Assembly (NCBI GenBank): GCA_019828565.1
Contig: JAHDYR010000011.1
Location: 421,314-485,313, forward strand
DNA: 64,000 nt
Source: Carpediemonas membranifera BICM
Taxonomy: Eukaryota; Protista; Fornicata
Direction: 5' to 3'
Shown here: in pieces, positions 41,978-52,560 of the stretch
How positions within the stretch are numbered: position 1 is the first letter of the stretch
Layout: each line of letters starts with the position of its first letter
Notes under the pieces: model-generated
Database searches by the model: none
What the model saw: only the letters and a program-made list of their open reading frames with translations
What the model was told of the DNA's origin: nothing
Program-made: the position numbers and the translations under genes

Positions 41978-43789
41978 ATGCAAAGGAGAACCGTACAAGC
42001 ACGTAACAGGCCTCCATCAGCTTCTATGACCAAAACGATGAGGTCTACTGGCACCAGGAGCAGAAACCCCTACTCCTCGATGAGCGCCACTGGAACGGGC
42101 GTTAGTGCTCAATCCCGCCCCCAATTCTCAGTATCCGACAGCGTAGACATGGATAGACAATCCATGGCAGGTACCCGTACCGCCGATTCCTTCCGCGGTG
42201 GCGCTGCTTCGATGAACTACACTTCCGCGACGCAGGGACAGTCATCCATCGAGAAGGAGTACGTGTATAATCTCCAGCAACAGGTGTACTTCCTCGAGCT
42301 CGAGTCCAAGCTCATGCGGGAGAAGCTGGCCGACCCAGGCCCGCGTCTGAAGGACAAGGGGTGTGCTGCCGACCCCCTGGATGACCCCGAGCTCGACCAG
42401 GCCAAGCCGCTCGATGACCACATCAAGAGCCTGAAGATGAAGTATGTGGAGCAGAAGGAGCAGTTTAAGCGAGATCACGAGGAGATGGTCCGCGTGCAGG
42501 AGGATCTGAGGTCGCAGGTGACTAAGCGGAACAGAGCCATCGAGGTGCTCGAGCAGAAGCTGGCTAAGAAGGACGAGAAGGTGCGCGAGCTTGACGAGCA
42601 GTATTCTGAGCACCGGACCGAGCTTCTTCTCGAGAACGAGGGCATCAGAAAAGAGGTTGAGTCAAGGGACCGGACGATCAAGCAGATGGAAATGGACCTC
42701 GCCCACCAGAAGGAGATGATCGACAAGATGAAGCAACAGAACGTGGATCTCCAATCGACCCTAGGTCAGCTCAAGGACGAGCTCCGCCAGGCCACCATGG
42801 GTAAGGCGAGCCCTGTGGAGCTGGACAGGAGGCAGGAGGAGATCAGCAAGCTCACCGTCGACGTCAAGGACCTGAGGGCAAAGATCGAGGAGCAGAAGAT
42901 GGAGATCGAGAACGCCAAGACTGCCGAGAGATCTGAGAGAGACGCCCGGTGGAAGGTAGAAGGCGAGCTTGATGAGATCAAGGCCGCCCACCGCATCTCC
43001 GAGCGCCAGGTAGAGCAGCTCAAGGAGCAGACTGACCAGATGCGGGAGGCAAACATCAGCGTGAAGGCGCAGCTTGACCTGCTCACAACAGACTTCGCGA
43101 ACGCCGAGGACAGAGTGAAGAGGCTAGTAGCGGAGAAAGAGGAGCGAGACACGGAGCAGCGCATCGCTTTCGAGAAGTCCAAGCAGGTTGCCAGTGCCGC
43201 TGTGTCCGAGAGATCTGATGCTGAGGCCGCTCTCAAAGAGGCGCGCGTGGAGATCGCGAAGACTAACCAGACGCTTATGGACCTCGAAGCAAACATCGAG
43301 AAGCTCAACCACGACCTTGCCCACAAGGACCAGCAAGTGGACGAGATGGCGAACGAACTCGCCGAGCAACGGGCTCTCAAGCGTGAGGCAGAGAACAGGC
43401 GGGACGGTGCCGAGGCTGAGATCGTCGCGGTAGAGGAGGAGCGTGATAAGGCCAAGCAAGAGGCGGCGAAGGCCAAGGCAGACGCCGACTTCGTGCGCCA
43501 GAAGAGTCACATCCGCGAGGACCTGACCAAGCTGCAGCAACAAGACTTCGAGCGCATGCGGCAGACCAACGACGAGCTGACTGCCACAATCGCAGGCCTC
43601 ATGGATCGACTGAACGCCCTTTCATCGTCCCGCGGCCTCCTTGATGACATGTCCAAAGATATCAGTGCAAATGGGTCATATGTGGATCGTATGAGCGCGT
43701 TAGAGGAGATGGATGACAGCAAGATGATGGAGAGCCCGATTGTGCCTCAGGACGATGACATTAGCCAGGTCAGCGAGGTGGCAGAGTGA
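41978..43789 (+). CDS. Long coiled-coil protein
   Basis: 603-aa E/K/Q-rich heptad ORF; EYVYNLQQQVYFLELE motif. Confidence 0.85.
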   Translation: MQRRTVQARNRPPSASMTKTMRSTGTRSRNPYSSMSATGTGVSAQSRPQFSVSDSVDMDRQSMAGTRTADSFRGGAASMNYTSATQGQSSIEKEYVYNLQQQVYFLELESKLMREKLADPGPRLKDKGCAADPLDDPELDQAKPLDDHIKSLKMKYVEQKEQFKRDHEEMVRVQEDLRSQVTKRNRAIEVLEQKLAKKDEKVRELDEQYSEHRTELLLENEGIRKEVESRDRTIKQMEMDLAHQKEMIDKMKQQNVDLQSTLGQLKDELRQATMGKASPVELDRRQEEISKLTVDVKDLRAKIEEQKMEIENAKTAERSERDARWKVEGELDEIKAAHRISERQVEQLKEQTDQMREANISVKAQLDLLTTDFANAEDRVKRLVAEKEERDTEQRIAFEKSKQVASAAVSERSDAEAALKEARVEIAKTNQTLMDLEANIEKLNHDLAHKDQQVDEMANELAEQRALKREAENRRDGAEAEIVAVEEERDKAKQEAAKAKADADFVRQKSHIREDLTKLQQQDFERMRQTNDELTATIAGLMDRLNALSSSRGLLDDMSKDISANGSYVDRMSALEEMDDSKMMESPIVPQDDDISQVSEVAE

Positions 43790-43859
43790 TGAAGGCGTTG
43801 TTATATATAAATAGGGAGATTGTCGGTATCTCTAGAGTTTTTATTATTTGATTTTGAGC

Positions 43860-46800
43860 TCACTCGAGGATTCCGACATTGCATGTTTGACAGCGTCCTC
43901 CATCAACATGGCAGGCCCCGCATACGCCACACGTCTTCCCAGCACCGTCGACAGACTTCAACGTCTTCCAATCCACGCTAACAACACCGCCACAAGAGCA
44001 ACGACCGCCCATGAGCAGCGGGGCGCCGCACTTGTTGCACTTGGCAGCCACAGGCAGTGTCACTCTGTCACCAGCCGCAGGGTCGGCGTCCTTGACGAGA
44101 GGCAGGGTCGACTCACCGCAAGTCTCAGCGACACGGCGGGCCGACTGCACAAGGCCGAGTCGGAGGAGCAGGGCGATGCACTGAGTGGCGATCACGGTCT
44201 CCTGGTCGGTGGTCAGGATTCCTTCGGACATGAGGGCGACAGACCAGGTGGCAAGGGAGAAGAAGGCGACTTGGAGGAGCAGCTTGCCCTGTTGGGTGGC
44301 GGGAACCTTCGCAGCGTTCGCCTTGTTCGTGTTAATCTTCATTAGATTAAGCGCCATTCTTCTATAGAGGCCCAGGGCTCTCGTGGTCTTGTTCCCGTCG
44401 AGCAGGGTCGGGTTGACAGTAGAAACGGCGTCAAAGCCCTCCCCGGCTGCGGCGTACGCGATATGGTATGTCGCAGGGTTGGAGAAGGCGCTGCGAGCCT
44501 TTGCAAGAGCCGTGGATAGCGCATCAAGGGCCTCGGCGCTCACCTCCGTGTGCTCCGGCTCATTAACAGCTGCAGGGGCAGTAGGCACAGAGCTCTGCAG
44601 CCCGCCCGCCTCAGGAGCAGCTGCCTCAGCCTGAGCAGCGTCTCCGTCCTTCGCCTCGTCCGCAGGCGGCTTCATGAACGCAGCCGGTATCGCGCTGTGC
44701 GGGCTCCCACCAGGCGGCGGCTTGAGCGACTTGAGTGTCAGGCCCCGGGCGAGGGTCATGTCAGGTGTGCTCCTGCCCTCACTCTTAATCTTGATGTTGA
44801 ACTTCTTGGCCGACCTCTTGGGCCCCCAGTCGTCTTCGTCCTCGTCCTCTGGGAGATCGGTCGGTCTGCTGAGGAAGGAAGCACGGATTCGATCTTGTTC
44901 GGACCTGGTGCTGTCGGGAGCAGTGGAGGGCTCTGTTTCGGGCTCTGGGACGGCGTTAGGGGCGGGTTGGGGCTCTGCTGGGGGCTTGTCGGCCTTTCCC
45001 TTCGCCTTATCCTTGTGCTTTGCAGCCTTCTTCTTGCCCTTCGTCGGCGGCTCCTCGATGCTCGCCACAGGTTCAGGTTCAGGTTCAGGTGCGGCTTCCT
45101 CCGCGACGTCCTGGGCCTCGGGAGTGCACACATCGACCACAACAGGCTGCTCAGCGCCCTCGTAGAAGACATACTGCACCTGCGCCGCGGGGGGAGCAGT
45201 AGCAGCACTGTCGTCCGGCATCGCAGAGAGTATGGCCGCGAATGTTTTCATCAGTGGCCGCGTCGCCTCGGGGATGTCAGTTGTTGGGGAGGCCAATATG
45301 CCGATGATGTCCATGATAGGGCCCGAGACAGGTGCCCTGGTGCGACCGCCGGCCGCGGTTATTGATGCCCCGAGGTCCCTGAGAGCGATGGCACGACTCG
45401 ACGCGAGGTCAGCCTTAATCTGGGAGCGGTGGAAGGCAGAAAGGTCCTCTGAGGAGTGAAGGTCGGCAGCAAAGGACCCTATCGCATCTTCAGCGAGCTC
45501 TGTGTCAACCAGAGCGAATGCGGCGTCCACCAGCGCAGGCCTGGAAACCACGCCGATGGCAGGGCGAAGAGTTCCCTGTTCTGCGTCCCAGATCGAGTGT
45601 ACGGGATGCACGAGCAGCCCAGCGGCGACAGCGGGCATGAGGATGGCGCCGACAGTCGGCAGTGCGGCCACGTGCCTCACCCTGCCCGCTGCGGCGACGT
45701 AAAGGTCAGATACGGACGACATGATAAGCACTGGGCTTGTGTGGCCGACTGCACGCCACTCAGCACCTCTAATGCCGCCCCGGATGTCTGCGGCCTTGGC
45801 ACTGTACACGTGATCTACACCGGGCCGACCGTTGGGCTTCACTGTGACGACGATGGCGGTGTTGGCGTTGAATACACATGCAGTGGTGCCGCTGACAGTG
45901 ATGTGTGCCCCGCGGAGGCCTGCGTGCACCGCCATCAGCCGTGTAGCAGCCCCAGTGTCCTGATTAACGTCGTAGATCCCGTGTGATGTCACAACAAGTG
46001 TCATCGCCCCCACCATTGCGATGGCAACAATGTCGCTGTCGAGATCCAGGGACACTGTCTTCGTGAGCACCAGCTTGCGGTCCTGGGCCTTGATGGAGAT
46101 AGTACGCAGTTCCCGACGGACGGCAGCAAGGGCCGAGGAGCTATCGAGGACGGCGACAGCGTCAGCGTCAACAGGACCGAACGCAACCTTGGAATCCAGG
46201 TCCACGAACGTTGCCGAGGCCGCGGGGATGTCTCCGTCGGCCCGACGTCCGTACTGGATGCCAGCCAGCCTTTCCTTCCGAGACACGTGCCCGATGCCGA
46301 GCACGCGCAGTGGGGCAAGCGACAGCAGCGGCTCGACCACTGGTCCGTCATTGTGGACAACACACATGCGCTGGGCCGTGACGAACAGATGATCGGGCCC
46401 CTCCGATGTCATGGACCCATGAACCTCGCCGGCGAAGAAGTGTGACACGGCGGTCGCCCCTTTGGTCTTGGGAGACTGGCCGTGTGGGTCCTTTGGTGCG
46501 AACACCAGGCCGGTCACTGGGCCGCATAAGACGATGCGGGGCGTCCCTCGTACCCATGGCACATGCACCCTGGTTCGCAGGATAAGGGCGGTGGGAGTCA
46601 CAACGTGGGTGAGTAGTGTCACCTTTCCAGACCCCACGTGTGCTGTGGTGAGCAGGGGGTAGGCTGACGTCGGGCTGCTGTGAACGAGCTCAGCAGCCAT
46701 CAGAGGGCCCCGGGTCAGCAGGTCCGTGAGAGCGGGACATGTGTGGTGTAGAGGAGTGGCTGCGTCCTGCCGGTAGAGCCAGACGCCAGACCCCACTCCC

Positions 46801-47501
46801 ACTTCTCCGAGAGATGGGGAGTGGGCCGCCGCGAGGACGGTAGACTTCGCCTGGGGAGGGATGACGGTCGGCGTGTCTTGACCCTTGTGGTAGACGGCGA
46901 CAGTGCCTGTCGGGCTGACCACGAGGAGACGACCTTGGCCGTCTACAGCGATCTTGATCACGTCATCGATGGAATTCGGGTACTTGTACTTCTCCATCGA
47001 TGTTGTCGAGCCAATGCGGCCGAATGCGTAAGACTGGACAGACTTACGGTCCTTGCACGCGACATAGAGGGTAGGGGCGCCCTGGTCGGAGAAGGCGACG
47101 GTCCATGATAGCACATGCGGCTTCGTACGGCGGCGCAGAGTGCCCAGAGCGGAGCCTTGCAGCTTCCCTGTGTGATTCACCTCCCAGACTGGCTCTAGAG
47201 TGAGCGTGTCGTAGACGACGGCGGATATATCGTCGTAGAGAGCAATGACGTAGATCGTGTTGTCGACAAGCCGCGCCTCTAGCCCTACTACAGCACCGCG
47301 AGAGGACATGATCGTGTCCGATTCGATCCATGTGCCTGTAATGTAGTTGTATTCTGTGTTGGGAGGGGAGAATGGGCACAAACTGAAAATATCATAGCCA
47401 ATGGCGACGTAGGCGAAAGGGAAGCATGGGTTCCCCGCAATAGCAGTGCAACAACCATCGGATTTTGCTGAACGGAGCTTATCGTCAGCGATGGCCTGCA
47501 T
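43860..47501 (-). CDS. Large protein: beta-propeller-like N-terminus, Pro/acidic linker, helical and Cys-rich C-terminus (coat-protein-like)
   Basis: 1213-aa uninterrupted ORF; beta-strand-rich first ~640 aa; C-terminal CxxC motifs. Confidence 0.75.
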   Translation of the reverse strand: MQAIADDKLRSAKSDGCCTAIAGNPCFPFAYVAIGYDIFSLCPFSPPNTEYNYITGTWIESDTIMSSRGAVVGLEARLVDNTIYVIALYDDISAVVYDTLTLEPVWEVNHTGKLQGSALGTLRRRTKPHVLSWTVAFSDQGAPTLYVACKDRKSVQSYAFGRIGSTTSMEKYKYPNSIDDVIKIAVDGQGRLLVVSPTGTVAVYHKGQDTPTVIPPQAKSTVLAAAHSPSLGEVGVGSGVWLYRQDAATPLHHTCPALTDLLTRGPLMAAELVHSSPTSAYPLLTTAHVGSGKVTLLTHVVTPTALILRTRVHVPWVRGTPRIVLCGPVTGLVFAPKDPHGQSPKTKGATAVSHFFAGEVHGSMTSEGPDHLFVTAQRMCVVHNDGPVVEPLLSLAPLRVLGIGHVSRKERLAGIQYGRRADGDIPAASATFVDLDSKVAFGPVDADAVAVLDSSSALAAVRRELRTISIKAQDRKLVLTKTVSLDLDSDIVAIAMVGAMTLVVTSHGIYDVNQDTGAATRLMAVHAGLRGAHITVSGTTACVFNANTAIVVTVKPNGRPGVDHVYSAKAADIRGGIRGAEWRAVGHTSPVLIMSSVSDLYVAAAGRVRHVAALPTVGAILMPAVAAGLLVHPVHSIWDAEQGTLRPAIGVVSRPALVDAAFALVDTELAEDAIGSFAADLHSSEDLSAFHRSQIKADLASSRAIALRDLGASITAAGGRTRAPVSGPIMDIIGILASPTTDIPEATRPLMKTFAAILSAMPDDSAATAPPAAQVQYVFYEGAEQPVVVDVCTPEAQDVAEEAAPEPEPEPVASIEEPPTKGKKKAAKHKDKAKGKADKPPAEPQPAPNAVPEPETEPSTAPDSTRSEQDRIRASFLSRPTDLPEDEDEDDWGPKRSAKKFNIKIKSEGRSTPDMTLARGLTLKSLKPPPGGSPHSAIPAAFMKPPADEAKDGDAAQAEAAAPEAGGLQSSVPTAPAAVNEPEHTEVSAEALDALSTALAKARSAFSNPATYHIAYAAAGEGFDAVSTVNPTLLDGNKTTRALGLYRRMALNLMKINTNKANAAKVPATQQGKLLLQVAFFSLATWSVALMSEGILTTDQETVIATQCIALLLRLGLVQSARRVAETCGESTLPLVKDADPAAGDRVTLPVAAKCNKCGAPLLMGGRCSCGGVVSVDWKTLKSVDGAGKTCGVCGACHVDGGRCQTCNVGILE

Positions 47502-47592
47502 TTATTCGATGGATGGGTTCGTGAAGTATCATAGAGTGCACAGTGCAAGCACTGCGTCTCTCCACTTCAATTAGCTTGCCCGGAGGCAAAGA

Positions 47593-47997
47593 CTAGCGGC
47601 TGGTTAGCCGTAATTGGTGTATTGGGTTATAGTTGGGAAGACGGGCTGGAGGTCTTGGATTTCTGAAAGCACTGGCTTGATACTGTGCATCCGTCATGAG
47701 GCCGCAATCCAAGATGTTCTGTGCAGCAGTCTTGTCTCTGTGGGAGAGATTGAGCCAAGTGGTGGTAGGATCGGAATTGAGGCGTTGCTGTCTGTACCAT
47801 GGAGCACCTTGACAATTCGGGTTGTGGCATCGCATCGTGCGCCTCGTGTAGCGAGTTCTACGGAACCTCGCGCGGCAGAAGGGGCAGACGAGTGAGATAC
47901 TGCAGTCTTCCGATACTGATTTATAATTATAATTTATATAAACTGCACAATGACTCAGAGGTGCAGGGCAAATATGACCCAACCAATTGGTCACCAC
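47593..47997 (-). CDS. Hypothetical small Cys-containing protein
   Basis: CPFC..CHNPNC motif; start uncertain. Confidence 0.3.
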   Translation of the reverse strand: MVTNWLGHICPAPLSHCAVYINYNYKSVSEDCSISLVCPFCRARFRRTRYTRRTMRCHNPNCQGAPWYRQQRLNSDPTTTWLNLSHRDKTAAQNILDCGLMTDAQYQASAFRNPRPPARLPNYNPIHQLRLTSR

Positions 47998-48379
47998 AGC
48001 TGCCTCCTCTCCCGGTGGGGCAACTTTGCACTCGGGGTGTCTGGGATAGGTGGGAAGCTAGTTGCTTGGCGAGAGGACTGGAGAAGCACTGATTGATGAC
48101 CCCCGACGATGATGACTGACTATCGATCATCCATCATCACAGCCAAGTCTAGTCTTCGTTTTCTAGCTGGCACCGGCTGCTTGTCAAACGGCCCGTTTTG
48201 TGGCCGCAGGTCGACAACCGCGCTGCTCAACAGCAACAACACAAGCCAGCCAATGTGCTCTTCTCCTTGTCTTCCGCATTTCGGTCGTCACGTGCCGGCT
48301 GATGATATCCCAACCACGGTGACATCCAATGAGGCGGCACCACCGTTTTGCAGCTGCACAAGCAGCGCTCGCTGCATCA

Positions 48380-49009
48380 ATGTTAATATTACCACTATTT
48401 CTTCTCCTAGTACCAACAGAAGCGCGACATTTCCCCGCCACCGATTACCGCGACTACAGAGTGTATCGCTACCGGTATACATGGTGGTATGAGATCTGGA
48501 ATCCAGTAAGAGACCTCACGCTGTTTCCAAACCTCGATGGACTGACGGAGAACATCAATAAGACGACATACTTGAACTATCATCTCTTCGATGGCTACGG
48601 CAACTACTTCGGCCCCGGCCACGGCGATGAAGACTACCAGCTCCCCGCGCTCGACTGCCTGGACGCCGGGGCGATGCTACACGACTGGATTTGGACGACG
48701 GACAACACCGACATCATTTATGACGGCGACCGCGCCTTGCAGGACCACTGCGCATACATCAAGAACAACGGCATGCTCGGGTCGGGATGGTCCAAGCTGC
48801 TGTGCTGGCTGGTCAGGTCAATATTCTTCCTGCCCGCGACATACATATTTCGGCATCGCTGGATCCAGTGGGTCATTGTCATAGTGGTCATACTGGCCGT
48901 ATTCCTCATCATATGGTGCTGTTTGTGTACATGCTGCTGTACAAGGTGTCTGATGCGGACAGTTTGCTTCCCCTGTTGTTGTCTGTGTAACATCCTATGC
49001 CCATGGTAA
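48380..49009 (+). CDS. Secretory phospholipase A2-like membrane protein
   Basis: Signal peptide MLILPLFLLLVPTEA; YGNYFGPG Ca loop; LDCLDAGAMLHD active site; TM helix and Cys-rich tail. Confidence 0.75.
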   Translation: MLILPLFLLLVPTEARHFPATDYRDYRVYRYRYTWWYEIWNPVRDLTLFPNLDGLTENINKTTYLNYHLFDGYGNYFGPGHGDEDYQLPALDCLDAGAMLHDWIWTTDNTDIIYDGDRALQDHCAYIKNNGMLGSGWSKLLCWLVRSIFFLPATYIFRHRWIQWVIVIVVILAVFLIIWCCLCTCCCTRCLMRTVCFPCCCLCNILCPW

Positions 49010-49134
49010 GAGGCCTAGGGATCAATGCGGAGCGCTAGGGCGTTGTATGGGTAGACTCAGTCGGGGTTGACTGGGCGATCGCGCGATCGTGACATAAACT
49101 GCACGTGCAACAACTTCCTCGTACCTCAGAAAAT

Positions 49135-50189
49135 ATGCCTCGCCGTGGACTTTCGCTTCGTATCGACACTGCAATGAACAACAACCCGAAGAACATGTCC
49201 GATTCTGGGACATGGAACTTCAACAACGATCGTAGGCTCCACGTCGGCCGCTCTGGCATCAGACAATCAAGCCTGGCAACATCCAGCAGCTTTGTCCCTC
49301 ATGAGGTTAGTATCTCTCCAACCCCCATCTTATTTAGACCAAGATTAAGCGTGAAGACCTTGAAACCATCGGCACTCTCGGCCAAGGCTCCTCTGGGCAA
49401 GTTGAAAAGGTCGTTCATCTCCCCACAAACACTGTCCTTGCCCTCAAGACAGTCGCCATTGCCGAGAACGAGGATGTCCAGAAGAACCTGTTCAAGGAGC
49501 TCCTTGCGTTGACCCGCGTCCGCTGCCCCCAGGTCGTCTCCTTCTACGACGCCTTCAGCAACGAGGCACATATCGACATGGTCCTCGAATACATGGACGC
49601 CGGCTCTCTGGCGTCCCCCCTCTTCCACCACGTCCCCGAGAACCTCCTCCGCCTCATGGCCGTCAGCCTCTTCCGCGGTCTCTCCCACATGCACACAAGC
49701 CACTACATCCACAGAGACATCAAGCCGGCCAACATCCTCGTCAACACCAAGGGCGAGGTTAAGCTCACCGACTTTGGTGTGGCGGCCGAGCTTGACCACA
49801 CCCTCGCCCAGGCGAACAGCTGGGTCGGAACCATGGTCTACATGTCGCCCGAGAGGATCAATGGTGGGTCATATTCCTTCGCTGCGGACATATGGGCGCT
49901 GGGCCTGACTGTAATGGAGGTGGCCATGGGCCGCTTCCCTCTGGCGCCGACCATGGAGGACGCCGGGTCCTTCTTGGACGTCATGGACATAATCGTCTCC
50001 CAGGAAATCCCCAGACTGCCCGATGAGTTCAGTCCCGAGTTCCAGCACTTTATCTCCCTCTGTCTGAAGAAGGATGTCGCTGAGAGACCGATGGCGCCGA
50101 CACTGCTCGAGCATCCTTGGCTTGAGGGTCTTGCGAACGTCAGCCACGAGGAGGTGTCGGCTCAGATTAAGGCGGGGATGGGGTTATAA
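49135..50189 (+). CDS. MAP kinase kinase (MEK/STE7), intron 49306-49337
   Basis: Spliced LGQGSSGQV; HRDIKPANIL, DFG, SWVGTMVYMSPER; N-terminal RRGLSLRI docking motif. Confidence 0.92.
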
Positions 50190-50274
50190 ATTCTTAGTTT
50201 GTCCGGATTGAGCGTTTGGGCGATTGTTTCTTGTGTGCATTTTTGGGTTTTGTCTTTTCTGACAAAACAACCGA

Positions 50275-50914
50275 ATGTTCCGCAACACGTTCCAGAGCGG
50301 TTTCCTATCAATCCTATACTCAATTGGGTTTGTACATCCTAGTTTGACTCACATAGATCGCGGCCGCTCCAAATTTGGGATAAGCAGGTGCAGAACGGGT
50401 TTGTTCCAAAATTTCGTGCTTATACAGCCACATCAAGAGAATCACTGATCCTGACATCCAATCCTGTGTTCTAGAACTCCTTGGCAGTAATGTTTCGACA
50501 ACATACATCACTTGCCCCGCCGATCCCAAGAAGACCCTCGGCATCAAGCTCCCCTTCCTCGTCATGGTTATCAAGAACTTGAAGAAGTACTTCACCTTCG
50601 AGGTCCAGGTCCTTGATGACAAGGGCATCCGCCGCCGCTTCCGTGCCTCGAACTACCAGTCGACGACCCGGGTGAAGCCCTTCGTATGCACCATGCCCAT
50701 GCGCCTCGACGACGGCTGGAACCAGATCCAGTTCAACCTGTCTGATTTCACCCGCCGTGCGTACGGCACGAACTACGTTGAGACGCTCCGGGTGCAGCTC
50801 CACGCCAACTGCCGCATCCGCCGCATTTACTTCTCGGACAGACTGTATACCGAGGACGAGCTCCCTCCGGAATTCAAGCTGTTCCTTCCCCTGAAGCACA
50901 CCGGCGCCCAGTAA
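50275..50914 (+). CDS. CFAP20: Cilia- and flagella-associated protein 20 (BUG22), introns 50328-50356 and 50399-50427
   Basis: [18 protein letters not shown]|[39 protein letters not shown]. Confidence 0.97.
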
Positions 50915-51104
50915 GTATAAACAAGTCTTTCGAGATGAGGGCGGTTTGAAGTGGGAGAGTAAGATGATGAGAGAACATCACGATTCCCATCATCGTATGC
51001 ATGTATGTATGTGTTACCAATCCACTTCACTCGGCACGGGTATTTATTGCGGGTCGACGTCTGGTTATTGTGATGAACAAGTGTCAATGATCGCCATGAT
51101 CAGC

Positions 51105-51478
51105 TCAACTTTGCATCTGCATGGATGTATGGAAGCGTATGAATGAGTTTGAGGTAGTCTTGGCTAGTGCAAGGCGCTGTGTGAGATGATATCGAAGAAC
51201 GAACCATGGGCTTGTCCAAAAGAAGCTCGCCCTGAAGCTCATCGATCGCACGGGTAGCCGCACGGTTGTCTTGGAAGACAATGAACGCCTGGCCCCTCTT
51301 CTTCATGGTTTTGTAAGCCACAATATCGAGTATAGGGCCAAATGGCGCAAACGTGAAATAGATCTGGCGTTTCAGGCCTGAGTAAGTGCTTATGAACGTA
51401 CATACTGTTAACAGATGCCCTATCGTTCAGATTGCTCGCATACACCGTTGTGCGCTGTGTATCGTCGGCAGCCTCCAT
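51105..51478 (-). CDS. U1A/U2B''-family snRNP RRM protein, introns 51378-51405 and 51177-51204
   Basis: TVYASNLND..FGPILDIVAYKTMKKRGQAFIVF..KPM|RLALAK. Confidence 0.88.
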
Positions 51479-51631
51479 CGCTCGCGAAAAACTGCACCGA
51501 AAGAAAACCAGACTCTGACCTCACCCACCGGTGTTTCATCGCGTGTCTCAACGGCTTACAGTCGGCCCACGATGATCGAATACTGGTGAGCAAAACCCGC
51601 CACCACGGCGCCGAATTCTCAAAGGACGATA

Positions 51632-52252
51632 ATGCAGTCAAGTGTTGCATCGAGCGCAGTTCTAGATGACTTAGTAGAGGAATACCTGCTGTTCCGTGGT
51701 CTCAATGATACACTAGCTGCCTTCCGCCGAGAGATCAAGCAAGACAGGCTCCAAGCGTTCGATAAGGAGAAGCTCACCCGCCGTTTGATCACTCTATGCA
51801 AGGAAGGGCGTAATGACGAGCTTTGGGATACCTGGAACTACATTGTCGATCGTTTCTGCAAGGAAATGAACCCAGACCTCCAACGCGCCCTCGATACGGC
51901 CCGCCAACTCCTCCAGCAGCTCATGATTGTGCACGCCGTCGAAAGACACGACAAAACCAAAGTCCACACGCTCCTTGCCGAGATGGCGGCCGTGAACAGC
52001 GAACCATCCCACTGGTACGGCATAGAGCACCTTCCAAACCCTGCCCACACGGCGTTCTTCGCCCCGTTCTTCACCAATGATTGGAAGGAGAGTGTGGCGA
52101 CACAGTTGTGTAACACCATCTCCCTCGTGTTCCAAGCAGTGCCCCAGCCCAGGCTCTTAGGATTCAGGACTGCTCAGCTCAACATGAAGAAGATGGAGGC
52201 GAGGGTCCACCACCTCTCGGCCCTGCTGGACATGACGGGGCAGATGAGGTAG
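51632..52252 (+). CDS. WDR91 N-terminal (LisH-like) domain protein
   Basis: DDLVEEYLLFRGLNDTL..EIKQD matches the WDR91 N-terminus; F.PFFT.DW..L.N.IS..F..VP.P.L. Confidence 0.75.
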   Translation: MQSSVASSAVLDDLVEEYLLFRGLNDTLAAFRREIKQDRLQAFDKEKLTRRLITLCKEGRNDELWDTWNYIVDRFCKEMNPDLQRALDTARQLLQQLMIVHAVERHDKTKVHTLLAEMAAVNSEPSHWYGIEHLPNPAHTAFFAPFFTNDWKESVATQLCNTISLVFQAVPQPRLLGFRTAQLNMKKMEARVHHLSALLDMTGQMR

Positions 52253-52560
52253 AGGCGGGTAGTGTAGTCTAGTTCTCACGATAAAGCTGTTTAAAGAGGC
52301 GATGGAGATGGGTTGGGGTAGGTGCTGGTCATGTCCGTGATGTAATATGGCCAAAACAGCTGCAAGGCGGCATCAATTGTAGCTTTTAGTTTGGTCAACG
52401 CTGGTCAACGCTTGACACATCACCCGGCCTAGCAAAGAAATGGCGCCCAGCCGGTTATTGAGGTCCATAGCGACCTCCTGGGGTCTCGATCGTGGATTGA
52501 GTCGCCACGATCTTCCAAGAATCTCGACACCACATATCCAACGAAGAAGCTCAAGAGCTG

